Assembly (NCBI GenBank): GCA_964016885.1
Contig: OZ024743.1
Span: 255,130,001-255,194,000, forward strand
Reading direction: 5' to 3'
DNA from: Eledone cirrhosa
Lineage: Eukaryota
Length of the DNA: 64,000 nucleotides
The position numbers and the translations under genes were made by a program. Shown here one piece after another: positions 26,160 through 39,799 of the stretch. The notes under the pieces were generated by a model. The model did not search any database, was not told where the DNA came from, and saw only the letters and a list, made by a program, of their open reading frames with translations. The first letter of the stretch is position 1. Every line of letters starts with the position of its first letter.

Positions 26160-26691
26160 CCACGACTCCACCCGGCTCTCATCCTTGTTCCCGTTCCCGC
26201 TGCAACACTTGTCCCTTTATTTCCTCCCTCACCACTCTTACAGGCCATTCCTTCACTTGCACATCCACCCACGTTGTCTATGCCCTCCGGTGTTCCCTTT
26301 GCAGGTCTTTATATTTCGGACAATCAGGACGCCATATGGCGGACCGCTTTGCCGAACATTTGGGGGACATACAACTCGGTTTGGATACTCCTGTCGCCAG
26401 TCATTTCTGTTCTCCTAGTCATTCTTCCCTACATGTTTCAGTCCTGAGTGTCCTTTTACATCATGGATCACATGCCTCGCGCACCAGAGCTGAACAATGT
26501 CTGATTCCCCGCCTTGGGTCCTATTCCCCACTTGGACTCAACTCACCTCCCCGATTTCTCTAATATCCCGTCCATTATCACACCCCTAGATTCCTATTGC
26601 TTTCTCTTTGCTGATAGCTTCATACTTACATGCATACACTCTTTTACTCACATATATGCACATATCTCTTCTTAGCTTCGTACGAACCTAT

Positions 26692-26745
<54 letters not shown>

Positions 26746-27094
26746 ATGCTTACACACGTGCACATGTATAGCTCTTTTTACAAAACGTTTTTTTTTCCAT
26801 TTCAGGTAGACGCGCGCCATCATCCACTTTTCTAAAAAACAAATCATACACAAAACGCCAGCACCAACAGTTTTGCAAGAGATTTCAACATGAATGGACC
26901 TATTATTTTTATCTAAAGACACTTTTTCCAATTCCATCCCGAACGTCCCTTGATCTATTTTATTTCTCATTCTTTCTTCTGATGAAGGACTAGCGTCAAA
27001 AACGTTAAGTCCCTCTTCCTGCTATATCAAGCGTAACCTAATATATACCTTCCATATACTGTACCGATTGTGTTGTTATTTCTGTTTACCTTTT

Positions 27095-27100
<6 letters not shown>
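26160..27100 (+). mobile_element. 5'-truncated Neptune-type PLE: GIY-YIG fragment (to 26563) plus 3' pseudo-LTR
   Basis: CSRSRCNTC..FTCTSTHVVYALRCSLC..LYFGQSGR..RFAEH..VASHF..AEQCLI..LGLN. Confidence 0.85.
26976..27009 (+). ncRNA. Minimal hammerhead-like motif F5 (G12 apparently mutated)
   Basis: CTT-CTGATGA-agGAC-tagc-GTC-aAAAA-CG-TT-AAG, downstream of the GIY-YIG ORF. Confidence 0.55.
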
Positions 27101-27134
<34 letters not shown>

Positions 27135-27429
27135 TTATGTATATATGTATCTATCTAGCTATCTTTTTATCTATTGATAGATAGATTCATATCTATCTAT
27201 CTGTGTGTGTGTGTTTTGGCCTGGTATTAATTGAAGCAATATGTACTGAAGTAGAACAATAGCCATGTCTGTTAGGAGAGTGAGCAAGCTAGAGGGCAAT
27301 ACCAAATTATAAGACTTAATGACTGCAAATTCTCACTAACACATTTACACCTTCATTAAAATTACTTTGATTTATTCGTTCTGTATTTCACTCTTTGAAA
27401 TATATTTACATTATATATATATATATATA

Positions 27430-27740
27430 ACTAATTAGAGTATGTGTTAGTTAATCACCGACACTTCAGTATGCAGTGTAGAGCACCTGTCGAAGTACAC
27501 AAGTGAATCTATTTACTCCAGAGTATATCTATGATACCAGAGCTTTGAAAAAATAACACCAAATTTCAGCCTGGAAGATTAAACATTATTACCATCTTTA
27601 TGTTTTTCTGTTTTTTCTGTTCAACGTCTAGCTGTCTGATGAGGTCATAGTTGTTGCATAACGGTTATCACCGAAATATAAAGAACAGTGAATATGAATA
27701 AATGAAGTTAATTATAACCTGTTTACTTGTACTTCATGTT
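27430..27740 (+). mobile_element. PLE-type unit: inverted tail (27430-27525) plus HHR F6
   Basis: Tail resembles 43880-43976. Confidence 0.6.
27632..27688 (+). ncRNA. Hammerhead F6 (cleavage triplet region mutated)
   Basis: CTGT-CTGATGA-GGTcATAGTTGTT-gcat-AACGGTTATcACC-GAAA-TATAAAGA-ACAG. Confidence 0.6.
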
Positions 27741-30700
27741 TATATATATATACATATGGGTGTGTGTGTGTGTTAGGATATGTGTCTAAAATACTATGGT
27801 ATTTAAAACATTCATGCATTAAATGATTGGCCAATAGATGCTGGTGGTTAATGTGTAGAAATTTATTTTCTAAGTAGAAAAGTGGCAGTGGTTTTGAAAT
27901 TTCTGTTTAGTTGCTTGATACATATCATCATCATCATCATTATCATCATTGTTTAACGTCCATTTTACCAAACTTGCATAGGTTAGATTTGTTGCCACTT
28001 TGAGACCTACCTAATCAGATGACCTTTTCTTGCTCATACAGAACTGATTTTGGCTTCATGCTCTTCCTAATGCCAAACATAGTTACAGTGTGTGCTGAGT
28101 GCTTTTTGTTGTGGCACCTACACAACCACTTTACAGTGTGGACAGGGTGCTAGGTGTTGGGGCATCAAAATGACCCCTTTACAGTGTAGCCTGGAAGATG
28201 GGATGGGGGAGATGCATGGGGATTGGAGAGGTAGATCTAGGGTGGAATAGAGGACTTATCTGGTGAAGGGTGGGGGTGTTAAGATGTGGGAGGTTTATAG
28301 AGGGGGAGACAGGCGAAGTTAGGGGAAGGTGGTGCATACTAGATGTATGCTTCAACACCCCCACTTGGCAATGTGGGTTTTCTGTATCATTGCATAACAC
28401 CAGAAATTTTGATTCTGTGTCATCGCTTATATATACATATATACCATTCTAATTCTGGTGAAAGCAAAGATCTACATCAAAAGCTATGTCCTCCATGCCT
28501 GCTAAGGCTCTGTTCTATGAGTAAATTGAAAAACTAAACTAGTCACATTTACAAAACTACTTTATCAGTCAGGCTTTTCTCTCCTTCTCTCAATTTCTCT
28601 GGAAGAAATTTGCTGTTTTCTGATCTCAAGAAATATAGGCTCTTCCAAATTTAAATGCCAACAATGTAATTATGGCACCCCAATTACTTCATGAGTAAAC
28701 ACCTAGGGAGGAATTCAGATGAAAGATATGTATCTACATGAGAACTCTATTTCCTCAATACCCGCTACTGTTCTGCTCACCCCAACACTGAATAGAGATT
28801 GTTAACCAATCACACTTCATTTATGTTTATCCAAAATAAGTCACATTTATGTATGAATGATCTCTTAGTTCATGATGGAGTCATAAGGGCACCATATTGA
28901 CAAACAATGTGTCTAGGACACGTTTTAAACCTGGCAAGGCACATCCCTCTCCCAAACTATACTCAGTCTATTTCTTCTAAAGAAGAAGAAAGGGTTTGAT
29001 AGAAAGGAAGTGTGAAAGAGATATAGAGGAAGAATCAGCCCACATTATTTATGAAATTCGAAATGATGAAAGGTGAAGTTGATCTCAACAGTATTTCAAT
29101 ATAGAATGGAATAAACACTACAACTGGTACATTTCTTTAACCTTGAAAGTATGAAAGCAAAGTTGTCATGAGCTGGATTTGAACTCAGAGTACAGAGAGC
29201 CAGAATGAATACTGTAAGTTGTCTGTCCAACATCCTAATGACTCTTCCTTTTCTCCATCTTTACCTCGTATTTATAGAAAACAGGAAAATTGTAACATGG
29301 CTGTTTTGTAAGAAATATTGTCACATTTACAAAAGTACTACTTCAGTCAAGCTTTGATGTATTCATTATATTTTGTGGCATGGAAACATGAAGATAGATC
29401 TAATGACGTTAATGATTTGTTCAGCCAAAAATAATTTACAGCTTGAGAAAAACAACTTAACACTTTTTATACCATTTCTCCAAACACCTCCTCATCTTCA
29501 TTGATATAAAACATTTAAGCCATTCATATCTAAATTAAAATCTTCCATCATAATTTTATATAAGAACCTTGTGTTAAATTATAATTCCAAACACCAAGTT
29601 AATAATGAGAATGTTAGTTATTTTACTAAGTCCCTGCAAATTCTTCATTTTCAAAATTAATTGAAACATGGAAACAGATTTTCTATTAAAAATATGTATA
29701 TACAATATTTAAACAAGAAGAAGAGCCATCACTATGATTTATTAGGAAGTAATAACATTTTAACTTCTAAAATAATTATTTAACTTATTTCAATCATTGG
29801 AGAGTGGCCATGCCAGGGCACAACATTTATAGGTTAAGTTCTGTAATTCTACACCTGAGAGAATTTTCAGTATTTGAGCATTCCAGTGGTGATGTTGTTT
29901 TTCCCTTGAACACGTTTTTACTATCTATTTACAATTCTTTATTATATATGGTTTTGATATGTTTATTTTCCTTGATGTTGATGATTTTAAATATGTTAAT
30001 GTTAATATTGTTAATATTATGTAATAAAGTTTGTTGCATATACAAAACTAGTAGCATTAAATTAATATAAGGTTGGATATGGGTTTTACTGTGTGTATCC
30101 TGTTTAGAATATATTTATATGCTGTGAGATGCAACTAAAAGTGTTGGCTTAAAGGAAGACATCCAGCCATAAAACATTGCCTCAAAACGGACTCACAGAT
30201 ATGGAGCTCGTCATGGGGCCTGCAAGGTGAACCTCTACTTTAGGAAGAAAAATGCTTACAGATAGAAATTAAATTGCTCTGTACTATTAAGAGTAAAGTG
30301 TGCACTGTAACTTAATTTATCTATTAGTTAAATTGAATATATTCTGTAAACTACTATGAGAATGAAGTACATGCACACACATATATATTCACTCCTATAT
30401 ACACATGAATAGACATGTGTAGTATATATATATATATATGTAAAGTAGTCATGTAGGTGTTGCAACAAAAGGTACCTAGTACACACTGTAAATGTGATTG
30501 GTTTTAGGAAGGGCATTCAGCCATAGAAACTAAGCCAAAATCAGTTCTATATGAGCAAGACATGGTCATCTGACTTGGATTGTCTCACAAGAGGACATCT
30601 CATCTAACCCATGCTAGCATGGAAAAATGGATGTTAAATGATGATGATATATATTCACCATAATGTTTATTCTTTATGAGAATTGTAATCAATTAAAAAA

Positions 30701-31509
30701 AATATGGCAAATAAGAATCAAACAATAACCAGAAAAAAGAATGCTGTAGAGAGAAGGTGAGGAAGAGCAAAAGCAGGTGAGAGAGTGGGAGGGAGGAAAA
30801 GAAAAGGAGAAAACAAAAGAGGAAAGAGAGGGGAAAGTAAAAGAAAGAGGGAGTAAGTAAAATAGGGAGGGATGGGAATGAGATTCAGAGAAAGGGAGGA
30901 GGGAAAGGAGGAGAGAATGAAAGAAAACTAGAGAATGAGAGAGAAGGGAGCAAGAGGAGAGGAAGTGAGGGAGAAAAAGTGAGAGCAAAAGAGTGAAAGT
31001 GAGGAAGCAAGAAAATGAGAGAGGTGAGAGAGAGAATAAGGAAAGTATATATATTATTTTTTCCTCATCCAATCTAAATTTGATTTAAACTTCACTGCTA
31101 GATTAGCGCTACCAATGTTTCTTGAAGAGGATTAATTGTGGAAGCTACTCAAAGAAAGAAACAACAACTACAACAAAATAATAATAAATAGATAGATAAA
31201 TAAATAAATAAAAAATCTGGTTTTAAGTTTCAATTTGAAAATAAATAGCTATCAAATAGTTTAATCTGAATTCCGTGGTAATTTTATAAAATTTTTTTCA
31301 TTTGATGTATTGTTTTTGAAATGTGGCAGAGTTATCTTTTCTTGAATCTTTTTCCTATATTTTATATAAAATGTTAATTTTTGTTTACTTTTATTGTATT
31401 TTGTTTGATTTGTTTTGTTTTTCCATTTGTTGTTTGTTTGTTTGTTAAAATAAACAACTTAAGTCACATCTCGCAACTTGTTTAGTTGATGATGATGATG
31501 ATGTTGATG

Positions 31510-31553
<44 letters not shown>

Positions 31554-31684
31554 GCATATAATACACTTAAATATGTTCTCATACATATAACACCTTCAAA
31601 TATATTTGCTTATTTACACATAAACTTTTATACATGGAATGCATATATACACACACATATATTCATTTGTGTATGCATGCATCT

Positions 31685-31715
<31 letters not shown>

Positions 31716-31733
31716 AATATATATGTGTGTGTG

Positions 31734-31764
<31 letters not shown>

Positions 31765-32199
31765 TGTGTGTATGGTTGACTTGCTGTAAATTCATGTCAT
31801 ATTTTTGCAAGTTTTATTAGAAATTTGAACAAAATTACAGTAAATTCACTGAAAGAATTAATCCAAGATTTAATAAATCTTTAACATATATTTCTGGTTC
31901 CAGTATAGAGTTCTGTCTTTAACATTTTTATGGAAAATATATAAAAGAAAAAACAACAAAATCTTTAAAAAGCCTCCATTCCCCTCTTTCTTCTTAGCTT
32001 TAATTCTAAATTTAGTTCTAATCATCAACACATTTTCATGTATTTAATTAATAACTGATGAATTTATGTGGTGACTTAGCAGAATCATTAGAGTGCCAGA
32101 TAAAATGATTTGAGGTATTTATTCTTGTTCCTTACATATGTTCTGAGTTCGAATGTTACCAATGTTTAATTCATCTTTCTCCCTTGTTAGTCTCACTAA

Positions 32200-33400
32200 A
32201 ATAAAATACAGGTTTAGGGTAGTGGACTGGCAGGGTCACATGAATATCAGACAAGATAATTTGTGGTATTTGCTTTCTGAATTCAAATATTGTAGAGGTC
32301 GACTTTACCATACATCCTCCTGGGGGTGATAAAATAAAGTACCTGTCAGACAGTCAGTTATTTTGGGTATGGACAACAGGATGAGAACATATGACCTCCG
32401 TGACTGAATATATTAATTTATAAAAACAAGAAATGTTTAGAAGGCTGGAGGGTACAACAGCCAAATCATTTTGACAATGTGACCGTAATAACAAAGATAA
32501 AGACCATGAACTTAGACCACAAAGGACCATAACTATGCAGTGAAGCATGGTGTCCAATGCTCTACATGCTTATGTATGGTCATCATTATCATTTTATAAT
32601 AATTGTTTCTAATTTTGGCACAAGGCCAGCAATTAACCAGTACATTACTGGTACTTTATTTTATCGACCCCGTAAGGATGAAAGGCAAAGTTAACCTCGA
32701 CGGGATTTGAACTCAGACCATAAAGGGACGTAACTATGCTGGAAAGCATGGCGTCTGACCCTCTACCGATACTGCCAACCTTCGGCATCATTTTATAATA
32801 ATTGTTTCTCATTAAGGGAGGAGAAAGTTGATCAAATTGACTCCAGTGCATGACTGGTACTTTATTTTATCAACCCCGTAAGGATGAAAGGCAAAGTTAA
32901 CCCTTGCAGGATTTCATCTCAGATCATAGCGGGCCATAACTCTATGCTACAAAGCATGGTTTCTGATCCTCTACATGCTTATGTATGGTCATCATTATCA
33001 TTTCATAAATTTGGGCGGTGGATTGGCAATATCGGAAGAGAGTCGGACGCCATGCTTTCCAGCATAGTTATGTCCCTTTACGGTCTGAATTCAAATCCCG
33101 CCGAGGTTAACTTTGCCTTTCATCCTTACAGGATCGATAAAATAAAGTACCAGTAATATACTGGGTATTTGATGGCCTTGTGCCAAAAGTGGAAACAATT
33201 ATCATTTCATAATAATTGTTTCTATTTTTGGCACAAGGCCAGCAATTATCCCAGTGCATTACTGGTACTTTATTTTATTGACCCTGTAAGGATGAAAGGC
33301 AAAGTTAACCTCGGTGGGATTTGAACTCAGATGGCAAAGGGACGTAACTCTATGCTGCAAAGCAAGGTGTCAAATCCTCTACCGATACTGCCAATCCACC
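32200..33400. mobile_element. Cluster of at least 5 Meta/Nin-like SINE copies in mixed orientation
   Basis: Core at ~32310 (+), ~32650 (-), ~32860 (-), ~33115 (+) and ~33265 (-). Confidence 0.82.
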
Positions 33401-34458
33401 GTACATAAGTAGGATGCAGACCCCTCAGCCTCTCTAACCCTTGCTAGCAGGGAAAGCAGATTTTAAATGATGTTTGATGATGATGATAACTGTTCTGAAG
33501 GACAGAGAGTACAACAGTTAAAACAAAACATAGTAACTATAACCACCAAGATAAGGATTCTAGTTTGAATATAGCAGTTTATAATAATGATAATTCCTCT
33601 TCTCATAAATTCAGAAAAAAATGATGAATTTTGTTGAGCTTTAGAAATGCTAAGCATTATTGACACCATGGGAGAAATAAGAAGGCAACTTTGAAGTAAA
33701 AAAATGTGTAGTTTTAATTACTTGTTAAAAACTGTAAATTTCATTTTTAAAACTTAGAGAACAATTTAGATAATAAATTAAGAGACAAATTAAATTGTTT
33801 TTTTTTTCTTTTTCTTTAAATTCTTTACTTTTCAGTGATCGTTAAAAATATATCTAATCTTTTTTTCTGCAGACAATATCACCTTTTTTGAAACATAGAA
33901 CATATATATCCCCCAAGGGTGCCATATCCATAATTGAACACAGCAAAAATAATCAATCATTGGAAAAATCTTTTTTTATACTTTTTATTTATTCATTTGT
34001 TTATTTATTATTATTATTATTATTACTATTATTACTATTATTATTGTTAAATTTCTTAAATAAACTCCCACAAGAATCTAAGTTTTCAATTTTCCTTTCA
34101 TTGAACAATCTCTGAAAATTCATTTAAATTTATCTAAATTATATATAGCTTTATCACCACTACAAAGAGTAATTATGTTTTAAGATTTATTGTTTCTTCA
34201 AGCAAAAATTAACATTCCCATAAATGATTATATGTGTCTGGTTTGGCAAAATATATTTTCATTCTTTATTTTACAATTTTTTATATATTTTCCTCTATTA
34301 GAATGGGTTCCATTGATATGAAAATTTAAGTATTTACAACTTGCAGATATTTCAAGGTTTATTACTACTGAGCAGTCCCATTCATAATCATGTTCACCAA
34401 TGAAATGTTACCTTATGAGTAGAATCTGGTGGATGGAAACTGCCCAGAAGCCCTTCAA

Positions 34459-34511
<53 letters not shown>

Positions 34512-34515
<4 letters not shown>

Positions 34516-35016
34516 AAAGAATAGAGGTATAACACACAAGTTATTATATATTGGTAAACGGAATAGAAAATGCTGACAAATTGTTCACAGTTGAAAAATG
34601 GTTTAATTAGGAATAAAAGAGTATTAATAATTGTATGGGTTAGTATTCAGTTGTGGTTTTAAGTTTTTAAGTTTTTACCGGTTTTTACAAATTTTGATTG
34701 GTCGGTCATGACCTCCACCGACCAATCAAAATTGTTTTGACCACAAGAATTTTTGCAACACCAAAGTAGCGCTGGAGCCACTTTTTTAACGTAAAAACAG
34801 GTAGAATTCCCAAAACTAATCAGATCAGAGCAAACAACACGGACACTCTATCTCAAAATTATTTTTGAAAAGCATTTAGAAATGCGCAACCGGTAAACAC
34901 TTAAAAACTTAAAACCACAACTGAATACTAACCCATACAATTATTAATACTCTTTTATTCCTAATTAAACCACTTTTCAACTGTGAACAATTTGTCAGCA
35001 TTTTCTATTCCGTTTA

Positions 35017-35020
<4 letters not shown>
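34512..35020. mobile_element. ORF-less fold-back of the PLE family at 1-2082, tail on the left arm
   Basis: 34552-34682 is inverted relative to ~34890-35020; matches 1576-2082. Confidence 0.85.
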
Positions 35021-35075
<55 letters not shown>

Positions 35076-35104
35076 GTGTGTGTGTGTTTGAAGGGCTTCT
35101 GGGC

Positions 35105-35172
<68 letters not shown>

Positions 35173-35840
35173 ATATATACACACACACATACAGACATAC
35201 ACACACACACTCATATATATATATATTTAATCTTCATGTTTTTCTACATTTGAATGGGTTTTACTGACATGAAAATTTAAACATTTACAAACATGCAGAT
35301 ATATAAAGGTTTATTATGACAAAATCCAATTTTGGATCAATTTCACCAATGATATATGCTCCTATATGAGTGGAAATTGCTAGATGGAAACTGCCAAGAA
35401 ACCTATTACATATATATGGCTTATGATGATATGGTCATGAGTCCAAATCCAATAGCACCTAGTGTCTTTGAACAAGTCACTTTATTTTACATTGCTTCAG
35501 TACACTCAGTTTTAAAAATCTGTTGTACCTCTAATTCATGACACACAGTGTCGTGTGGAATCTCCCTGAGAACCACAGTATAAGTACATGTATCTGTGGC
35601 ATGCTCAGCCACATGCACACTAATTTAATGAGCAGGCTGATCCATTTATCAAACAGCTAGCACACTTATTGCCAGAACCAATAGAGGCCCAAAACATTAA
35701 CAAAGATATATATATCATGTTTACTACAACCCAAATTAACTAGAATCTATATCTATGAAGTTAGCTATATCTTATAAACTGTCAATTGTATATCATGTTT
35801 TTCTTTAAAATGTTCTCTCAATCTAAAGTTTTGAAATTAC

Positions 35841-35881
<41 letters not shown>

Positions 35882-36257
35882 GCACACACACACGTGTGTG
35901 TGTGTGTGTGTGTGTGGGGGGGGGGGGGGGTATTCCAACTGATGGTTAGAAAAACGACTTATTCCCAAAATGAAAATATACTACTGCTTGAAATGTCCAT
36001 GCTATGTTTATATTGTTGTCATTGTTCTTCTTCTAATTATTATTTGTATTATTATCATTATTATTATTGTTACTGTTGTTGTTGCATGTGATATTTTTGC
36101 TGACACTCTGGGTTTTGATTTATTTTCAAACATGATTAATAGGAACAAAATACATTTTGAAACTATTTTCCTGCTAAAAGAAAAATAACAAAAAACAAAC
36201 AATGTGTAAAGACAACAAATTATATATGTGTATTTCCGATATATATATATATGTATA

Positions 36258-36338
<81 letters not shown>

Positions 36339-36430
36339 GTTTTTTTCCCCTGCTTTATTGATAACGCACTGTATATCTCCCTCTGGTGTGTTACCTTTTC
36401 AACATATTATATATATATATATATGTGTGT

Positions 36431-36483
<53 letters not shown>

Positions 36484-36535
36484 CACATATATAATATATA
36501 TATATATATACACATATAAAATATATATATATATA

Positions 36536-36575
<40 letters not shown>

Positions 36576-37713
36576 TTATAAATGCATATATACATACATA
36601 TATATACACCTACATATATATATATATATATATATATGTGCATAGATACATATGTACGTGCATATATATATATACCCCGTAGAAAAATATATTTGCAATT
36701 TAATTTAGGAAAACAAGCGGCCATCTTTGTTTTACTCTGTTTATGAAGTTTTCTATTTAATTCCTATCTTCAACCAAACACTAAACAAACACACAATTGA
36801 GTTAGTTTCCCCTGGAGTTTCTCTGGTATATCTTATTGGTTCCATAACGCACTATTTTAATAGCATTGTTAGGTTGGTAGGGGTTGTTGTAGTTTGTTTT
36901 TAAAATTAATGGTAACTGAATGTGGAAGTTTAGATTGAATCTTATAAAAATATTTTGTATTAGATATTTATATAGTCATCTATCTGTCTATGTTTATGTG
37001 TGGCCATGTGTTGTTTGTGTTAGTTATATATATATATATATCATCATCCCCATATATCTGTTTTACCAACTAGCAAAGTTTAGTCATGTCACCACAGATC
37101 AAGTCTATACCTAATTGGTGCTACTGATCTTTCAGATGGACTGATGGATGTATTGGTGGATCTTATACACGTTGTCACTCACTTCAGAATGTACTGAATG
37201 CATTTTATCCTGACACCAACATTAGTGAGGTTGTCATGTTAATGACACAACAGAAGAGTCTCCTCAGACCCTGTTTGGCATGGGCTCTATAGCTGGATGC
37301 CCTTCCTAAAACCAACCCTTTTACGTTGTGCATTAGGAGCATTTTGTCATGTCCCTAACACTAGAGATGTTGTTGGTCATTGTCTGTACAGGTTTGGGGA
37401 GCTAAATATGATGCCATGTCTAAATGGCAGTAAGTAAAAGGTAGGTGGCACATATGATGTCATAGGTGTATGGCATGTGGTAGGATTTGATAGGAGCATG
37501 TTAAAGTAGAAAGGAGGTGGGGAATGATCACTAATGAAGGGGTGCAATGATAATGTGAACAGTTACTAAAGAGCTATTATTTATGTGATGGGATTTAAAA
37601 GAGGGGAAGTGATCCTAAATAAAATGAGGTGGAACAGTGATGGTAAGAATAATTATTAATGGGTGATGGTGGAGTGGAGGCATGAGTGGGTTAGATCACA
37701 TTCACATAATTAT

Positions 37714-37900
37714 AATTGTTTCTACATTTGGCACAAGGCCAGCAATTATCCCGGTGCATTACTGGTGCTTTATTTTATCGAGGCCATAAGGATGAAAGGC
37801 AAAGTTAACCTCGGCACGATTTGAACTGGGGCCGTAAAGGGCCGTAACTCTATACTGCAAAGTATGGTGTCCAACCGTCTACTGATACTGCCAATCCATT
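37714..37900 (-). mobile_element. Meta/Nin-like SINE copy
   Basis: Same core and tail as 21722-21925. Confidence 0.8.
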
Positions 37901-38233
37901 ATAATGATAGGCAGATTTTCTTCAGTACAGCATGTCACATAACTTCAGAGTTCTCTGTCTTCAGTATCATGAAATACAGCATCTTTAGGTCGGTCTTGTT
38001 TACTTCATCCTATGAATTCCTATGTCTACCTCTACTACAGGTACCATCCACACAAATTTCTCTGCAACCCTTAACAAAGCTATTATGGTCCATGAGCATC
38101 ACATGTCCATACCAATGCAGTCTTCTTTTATTGCACACTATATTAAATTCCACTTATACCATATGCATCATATATATACTATAAAGAGCCAGGACCCTGA
38201 AGCTGAGCTTATGCTGTTTCAAAAGCTAGTTCC

Positions 38234-38267
<34 letters not shown>

Positions 38268-38269
38268 TA

Positions 38270-38304
<35 letters not shown>

Positions 38305-38306
<2 letters not shown>

Positions 38307-38790
38307 AGTAGAACACTGGAAGGTAATATTCGTATTGGTAGAGCACTCAGTCCATGGGATGAGTTTGGTAGAAGTAGTAACACAACAGTTAGTTCACCAT
38401 ACCGAGAACAATTGTTTCACCTTAAGCAGATCTTCAGCTCGGACTGGTCATGGTTATACGTAACAGGAAGAACAACCATATGAACGAGCATGTGCATTAA
38501 CGGTCACTTTACCCAAGCGATTCAAAGCCACGGGCGAAAGGTGTAAGGGAGATAACTGCGAAAGTCCAGAAAAGATGTTCCAGTTGATTAGTAAATTAGA
38601 ATGTTGTCGTTATTCAATCTGGAGCTTTGTAGTTATGCAAGAGGTGTCTCCATACATGTGGGAAGATTTCGTTTCTTGAATTTAGGCAATCGCTATTGTG
38701 TAATCTCCTTAGAATATTTATCCTTTCTTCAATACACAGTCCACAAGACGGATTGCCCCTTGCGTATGGCTTGGACTTAGGAAAAGGTAT
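38305..38790 (-). mobile_element. PLE 3' end: GIY-YIG C-terminus, HHR F7 and tail
   Basis: KPY..CGLCIEERINI..CLNSRNEIF..RH (Penelope/Poseidon-type C-terminus) followed by an HHR on the same strand. Confidence 0.82.
38402..38442 (-). ncRNA. Minimal type I hammerhead F7
   Basis: Minus strand: CCGAG-CTGAAGA-tctgcttaaggt-GAAAC-AATT-GTT-CTCGG. Confidence 0.8.
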
Positions 38791-38934
38791 GACCTCGACG
38801 GCAGAGCTCAAGCCGTTTTGACGTGTATTTCTGGACTCGTCCAGAAATAGCTATCGATACGGCTTGAGCTCTGCCATCGAGGTCTACCCTAAGTATTGAG
38901 TACTCTGGTATGTTATGATCCATCTGGTTCCTTA

Positions 38935-38937
<3 letters not shown>
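38790..38937. mobile_element. Second copy of the F14 fold-back plus tail
   Basis: Centre CTGGAC-tc-GTCCAG; tail AAGTATTGAGTACT...CTGGTTCCTTACCA as at 13476-13523. Confidence 0.72.
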
Positions 38938-38990
<53 letters not shown>

Positions 38991-39292
38991 CTGTCTAAAC
39001 GTAATGTTATAACTCTAGGGTAATATACCCTATTGAGTGCTTAGCTGCACACCAAGATTGCATTCGTTAGCTTGGCTGCAACCAGAGCTTCGATGGTGCT
39101 GTACTAAATTTTATATATATATATATATACACATACATATATGCCAGTAGTGGTTGTTCTTAATCATCAAATGACTGGTGACAGCAACAACAAAGCTAGA
39201 TAATTGCTATGTATTTTCACATAAATATTGGGTGGGTGGATTGGTGTTGGTATAGAGGTATTCAGATGTATTGAGATGTAACACTCACTCAC

Positions 39293-39397
39293 TCTTCTTC
39301 TTCTTTTTCTTCTTCTTCTTCTTCTTCTTCTTCTTCTTCTTCTTCTTCTTCTTCTTCTTCTTCTTCTTCTTCTTCTTCTTCTTCTTCTTCTTCTTCT
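39293..39397 (+). repeat. (CTT)n microsatellite
   Basis: Seen directly. Confidence 0.95.
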
Positions 39398-39799
39398 TTA
39401 TGTGGTGGAAATGAATTTCATTAGATTTTTCCAATTAGCTCTTTAAATTAATTTTAAAGGAAACATTTGAAAAGCCCATTTATTTGGCAGAATGATGGCA
39501 AGTGTTTGGAGGGCTTGCCATATGGTGAGATCCTGCTATATTGTGTGTTGCTAGTAAAAGGATTCCCAACCAATTTCTCAACACTATTGTTAATATATAT
39601 GAAGAAGGGGATGGAGGAATGTAAGATTGGGAAAATATCTCTGTAGAATATCATCCCAACTATGTGTATGGTAAATGGGAACTGTATAAGGAATAAGTTA
39701 TTTAACTTTCTCTATTTATTATAGAGATATAGTAGTAAGCTGTGACCTTGATTAGGAAGTATTGTTTGATGAAAATACTATTATTATCATCACCGTCAT

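Noticed and set aside
33463-33669. 68-aa minus-strand ORF with a hydrophobic stretch
   Set aside because: Runs into an RTE/SINE tail remnant; no supporting evidence
34300-35402. ~150-bp diverged direct repeat (34300-34452 and 35251-35402)
   Set aside because: Looks like two old copies of an interspersed repeat; nothing further supportable
39460-39620. Possible host exon (TTTTAAAG acceptor, KHLKSPFIWQNDGKCLEGLPY, GTGAGA donor)
   Set aside because: No recognisable homology and no partner exons; needs RNA-seq
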